From: Chthoniobacterales bacterium
GTDB lineage: Bacteria > Verrucomicrobiota > Verrucomicrobiia > Chthoniobacterales > JBKEAD01
DNA length: 54,360 nucleotides
NCBI GenBank assembly: GCA_047971915.1
Contig: JBKEAD010000057.1
Coordinates: 1 to 54,360 of the forward strand
Direction: 5' to 3'
Shown here: piece after piece, positions 50,809-54,360 of the stretch
Numbering within the stretch: the stretch's first letter is position 1
Layout: every line of letters begins with the position of its first letter
Position numbers and translations under genes: made by a program
Notes under the pieces: model-generated
Told to the model about the DNA's origin: nothing
What the model saw: only the letters and a program-made list of their open reading frames with translations
Databases searched by the model: none

Positions 50809-53379
50809 TTATTTCGCAACGACGTTGGCTATTTTTCCCGGAACGACAACGATTTTCACGATATTTTTTCCTTCGATCGTCTCACGAATTTTTGGATTTT
50901 CGAGAGTCAATTTCTCAATCTCGTCACGAGACATATCTTTAGGAATTTCGACACGGTCGCGCAGCTTGCCGTTGACTTGCAAAATAATCTCAACTTCAGA
51001 TTCGATTAGAAAATCTTCGTTCCACGTAGGCCAATCGGACTGACTGGCTTGTTTGCTTTCGGAAGGGAAAAATTTTTCTGCAATTTTTTTATGAAGTTCC
51101 TCCGCAAGATGCGGTGCGAAGGGGCTGAGCAACTGCAAGAGCGTGACAACGGCAGCAACAGGGCGTGGCGTCACGTGTGTGAGTTCGTTTGTGCAAATCA
51201 TCATCTGCGAAATGGCGGTATTAAAGCTTAGTTGCTCAATGTCCTCGCTTACTTTTTTAATTGTCTGGTGCAGAGTTTTGCGAATTTTATTGGTCATCGG
51301 CACATCTTGGAGTTGCTCCGAGAGCACCCATTCGCCCTCTTGGTTTTGTTCTACAACGAGCCGCCAGACACGTGCTAAAAAGCGATAGACGCCTTCGACT
51401 CCTTTTGTGCTCCAAGGTTTCATCTGCTCAAGCGGTCCCATGAACATTTCATAAAGACGCAGCGCGTCAGCACCGTAGTCCGAAATAATTTCGTCCGGAT
51501 TTATGACGTTACCTCGACTCTTTGACATTTTTTGTCCATCCGGCCCTAAAATCATTCCTTGGTTGACGAGACGTTGGAAAGGTTCATTGGTGCTGGCATA
51601 GCCAAGGTCAAAGAGAACCTTGTGCCAAAAACGGGCATAAAGAAGATGAAGGACGGCATGCTCCGTGCCGCCAATATAAAGATCTACCCCACCAGCCTGG
51701 CCATTGCTCATCCAATAATTTTCAGCGTCTTTTCCGATAAAACGGTTTTCATTTTTCGCATCACAAAAGCGAAAGTAATACCAGCAGGAACCCGCCCACT
51801 GCGGCATGGTATTGGTTTCGCGACGCGCTGTTTCCGAATAGGCCACCCAATCTTTTGCTTTTGAAAGCGGCGGCTCGGGCGTTCCGGTCGGGCGAAAATC
51901 CTCCATCTCAGGCGGCAGGACAGGAAGCTCTTCTTCTCCCAACGAACGATGCTGCCCGGATTCCCAAACAATAGGAAAGGGCTCGCCCCAGTAACGTTGA
52001 CGCGAAAAAAGCCAGTCGCGCAATTTGTAATTTATTTTAGCGACTCCCTGATTTTTCTTTTCGAGTTCGCGAGTGATTTTTGCTTTAGCCTCACGAGTTG
52101 GCAACCCCTCGATCATGATTGAATTTACAGCGATACCTTCGCCGCTAAAGCAGGCTTCGCCCTGTGCGTCAGCATTTTCCGGGCGGACGACTTGGCGAAT
52201 CGGTAGGCCAAATTTTTTTGCAAATTCATAATCCCTCTCGTCATGCGCCGGAACAGCCATGATCGCACCACTTCCATAGCTGCTCAAAACATAATCCGCG
52301 ATCCAAATCGGTAGGCTCTCGCCATTGACCGGATTCACCGCATGACTCCCAAGGGCGACTCCGGTTTTTTCTTTTGAAAGCTCGGTGCGTTCAAGATCTG
52401 ATTTTCCGCTAATGCTTTCTTGATAGTCTGCAACCGCCTTTTTGTGCTCAGGAAGTGTGAGGGAGGAGACGGCAGGATGCTCTGGAGAAAGCACGAGATA
52501 GGTCGCTCCATAAAGCGTGTCGGGACGCGTTGTGAAAACAGAAATCGGCAACTCCGTATTTCCTTGCTGAGCTAAAAAAGTCACCTCAGCCCCCTCGGAA
52601 CGCCCAATCCAGTTTCGTTGCAAAAGCTTGATAGATTCAGGCCAATCAACCCCCTCCAATTCATCAATGAGCCGCTGTGCAAAGGCTGTAATTCGGAGCA
52701 TCCATTGACGCAATGGCCGACGCTCGACAGCGAATCCGCCAACCTCACTTTTTCCGTCAACAACCTCCTCATTTGCCAACACGGTCCCCAACTCAGGGCA
52801 CCAATTTACAGGCACCTCCGAAACATAAGCCAGACGCACATTGTCCACATCATCGCCCGAGTAGCTCGAAATCGGCTCTGCTTTTTGCGTCTCGGGATTA
52901 AACCAAGAATTATAAAGCTGACAAAAAATCCACTGCGTCCAACGAAAATAGCCCGGGTCGGTGGTGCTGATTTCACGATCCCAGTCATAGCTAAAACCGA
53001 TGCTCTGCAACTGCTTTTTAAAATGTTTCACATTCTTCTCAGTAGTGATGCGCGGATGCTGCCCAGTCTTGATCGCAAATTGCTCGGCAGGCAATCCAAA
53101 GGCATCCCACCCCATCGGATGCAGAACATTAAAACCTCTCATCCGCTTGTAACGCGCAATGATATCCGTCGCCGTATATCCCTCCACATGACCAACGTGT
53201 AAGCCATCCCCACTCGGATAGGGAAACATATCGAGCACAAAATACTTAGGCTTTGCGGGGTCAAAGCCCACCTCATCGGGATTCGACGCATGAAAGGCCG
53301 AGGTGTCTAGCCATTGCTGCTGCCAATAAGGCTCAAATTGATCGAAAGGGTATTGTTTTTTTTGCTGTGAGAAATTCAT
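50809..53379 (-). CDS. leuS: leucine--tRNA ligase
   Basis: 856 aa. It has a HIGH-type motif [14 protein letters not shown] and the KMSKS motif QKMSKSRGN, with bacterial LeuS length and an editing domain. Confidence 0.97.
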   Translation of the reverse strand: MNFSQQKKQYPFDQFEPYWQQQWLDTSAFHASNPDEVGFDPAKPKYFVLDMFPYPSGDGLHVGHVEGYTATDIIARYKRMRGFNVLHPMGWDAFGLPAEQFAIKTGQHPRITTEKNVKHFKKQLQSIGFSYDWDREISTTDPGYFRWTQWIFCQLYNSWFNPETQKAEPISSYSGDDVDNVRLAYVSEVPVNWCPELGTVLANEEVVDGKSEVGGFAVERRPLRQWMLRITAFAQRLIDELEGVDWPESIKLLQRNWIGRSEGAEVTFLAQQGNTELPISVFTTRPDTLYGATYLVLSPEHPAVSSLTLPEHKKAVADYQESISGKSDLERTELSKEKTGVALGSHAVNPVNGESLPIWIADYVLSSYGSGAIMAVPAHDERDYEFAKKFGLPIRQVVRPENADAQGEACFSGEGIAVNSIMIEGLPTREAKAKITRELEKKNQGVAKINYKLRDWLFSRQRYWGEPFPIVWESGQHRSLGEEELPVLPPEMEDFRPTGTPEPPLSKAKDWVAYSETARRETNTMPQWAGSCWYYFRFCDAKNENRFIGKDAENYWMSNGQAGGVDLYIGGTEHAVLHLLYARFWHKVLFDLGYASTNEPFQRLVNQGMILGPDGQKMSKSRGNVINPDEIISDYGADALRLYEMFMGPLEQMKPWSTKGVEGVYRFLARVWRLVVEQNQEGEWVLSEQLQDVPMTNKIRKTLHQTIKKVSEDIEQLSFNTAISQMMICTNELTHVTPRPVAAVVTLLQLLSPFAPHLAEELHKKIAEKFFPSESKQASQSDWPTWNEDFLIESEVEIILQVNGKLRDRVEIPKDMSRDEIEKLTLENPKIRETIEGKNIVKIVVVPGKIANVVAK

Positions 53380-53424
53380 GCTTTTTCAACGGTGTCCTAA
53401 GCGTAATAAGCTATGGGGCAAATT

Positions 53425-54024
53425 ATGCAAACGATTCTTCTCGCAACGCGAAACACCCACAAACTCCGGGAGGTTTCGAATATTCTGGGAACCGGCTTTC
53501 AAATTCACGGACTGAACTTTTTAGATAAAGAAACATCTTTTCCCGAAATCGAAGAAACTGGAGAAACTTTTGAGGAAAATGCCTCGCTAAAAGCAGAAGC
53601 TGCTTCGCTCCACTTCGACGGCTTCGTCCTAGCAGATGACTCCGGGCTCGAGGTCGATGCCCTAGGCGGACAGCCCGGCGTTTTATCGGCACGTTTTGCC
53701 GGAACACACGGAGACGATGCAGCGAATAACGCGCTCTTGCTAAAGCGATTGGAGGCGTATGATGACGTGACGCGAAACGCACGCTTTCGTTGTGCCTTAG
53801 CCCTAGCAAAAAACGGCAAGACGCTAAAAACTTTTTCCGCTGCAGTAGAGGGGGCGATAGCCAACCAGCCGCATGGCAAAGGAGGTTTCGGCTACGATCC
53901 GCTCTTTGTTCCAACAGGCTACAACAAGAGCTTTGCAGAGCTTGGCGACCAAGTAAAAAACAAGCTCAGCCACCGAGGACGTGCCCTTGCAAAATTAAAA
54001 GCGTGGCTGGTGGAGGCGTTTTAG
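53425..54024 (+). CDS. rdgB: non-canonical purine NTP pyrophosphatase (RdgB/HAM1)
   Basis: The start was moved to the ATG at 53425. 199 aa. Motifs LATRNTHKLRE, DDSGLEVDALGGQPGV, FGYDPLF and SHRGRAL. Confidence 0.9.
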   Translation: MQTILLATRNTHKLREVSNILGTGFQIHGLNFLDKETSFPEIEETGETFEENASLKAEAASLHFDGFVLADDSGLEVDALGGQPGVLSARFAGTHGDDAANNALLLKRLEAYDDVTRNARFRCALALAKNGKTLKTFSAAVEGAIANQPHGKGGFGYDPLFVPTGYNKSFAELGDQVKNKLSHRGRALAKLKAWLVEAF

Positions 54025-54032
54025 ACGGGCTC

Positions 54033-54360
54033 TTATTCTTTTGTTCCGTTGAAGTATTGCCAGTGAAATTTTGCAATTTCGGCACCATGACTTTCCCAAT
54101 AGTGCCAGTCGTGCCCACCGGGCGATTCACGATATTCAAAACGTATCGGATGAGACGGATTTTGGGCGTTGATCGCTTTGATTTCATCGACAAAACGCCG
54201 ATTGGTCGCGAGGAGATAATCTTCCGTCCCACAAGTAAAAAGCAGCGGAGGCAGCTCCGAACCCTGCAAAATAAACTCACGAACCCGAGGCATCACTTGC
54301 AGTTTTTCCCATGTCTGAGCATTTTCTTTTTGAGGACCGATAAGGGATTCGAGCCATTCG
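54033..54360 (-). CDS. alpha/beta-hydrolase esterase (esterase D/putative esterase family), 3' part; 5' end outside window
   Basis: The frame stays open upstream of the tracked GTG to the window edge (...EWLESLIGPQKENAQTWEKLQV MPRV...). The C-terminus reads CGTEDYLL...SPGGHDWHYW, typical of this esterase family. Confidence 0.6.
   Translation of the reverse strand, partial: EWLESLIGPQKENAQTWEKLQVMPRVREFILQGSELPPLLFTCGTEDYLLATNRRFVDEIKAINAQNPSHPIRFEYRESPGGHDWHYWESHGAEIAKFHWQYFNGTKE

Noticed and set aside
1-54360. A whole-window scan for CRISPR arrays, rRNA, IS elements or transposases, integrons, retrons and known multi-gene defence islands.
   Set aside because: I saw no regularly spaced direct repeats, no rRNA-like stretches, and no transposase, integrase, reverse-transcriptase, restriction or Cas-like ORFs. 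The only repeats seen are the two-copy intergenic element and an 18-nt coding repeat.

Overview
The window is a 54.4-kb chromosomal segment made up mostly of housekeeping and envelope genes. I saw no rRNA, CRISPR array, transposase or integrase. The H-X9-DG prepilin-like protein, formylglycine-type sulfatase, large secreted glycoside hydrolase and SD-poor leaders suggest a Verrucomicrobiota/PVC-type genome; this is inference only.

Confidently recognisable genes:
- secE (3' fragment), nusG, recQ-like, mdh, trmL
- an Lrp regulator plus an AlaT-like aminotransferase
- dcd, crcB, cls, uvrA
- a purD / S41 peptidase / gmhB / kdsB operon with overlapping stop and start codons
- thiD, acpP, one tRNA-Glu(CUC), sucA-sucB, a polyprenyl synthase, leuS, rdgB

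Accessory-looking parts:
- an SDR plus LarA-like (nickel-pincer racemase/epimerase family) pair
- a single-gene low-GC island encoding an LtaS/sulfatase-fold membrane protein
- an RHH-PIN toxin-antitoxin pair next to the tRNA
- an otherwise intact MalK/MsmX-type ABC ATPase interrupted by one in-frame TAA at the Walker-A serine
- a divergent sulfated-glycan catabolic cluster: secreted GH and leaderless sulfatase on one side, GH88-like, cupin and Gfo/Idh/MocA on the other
- an envelope cluster of a BsuPI-like inhibitor, a secreted protein, an M23 peptidase and an orphan HlyD-like adaptor

Signals not explained by gene calls:
- A roughly 49-nt intergenic element occurs twice in opposite orientation, at 6795-6842 and 48662-48710.
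- Two sharply different codon dialects coexist. A C-ending, C>G set comprises nusG, mdh, trmL, acpP and the GH88/cupin/Gfo genes; the G/T-ending majority covers the rest.
- G-depleted A/C-rich leaders precede the C-ending genes.

I did not find a clear-cut new multi-gene system such as a defence island. The candidates below are ranked honestly and need database and structure searches that I cannot run.
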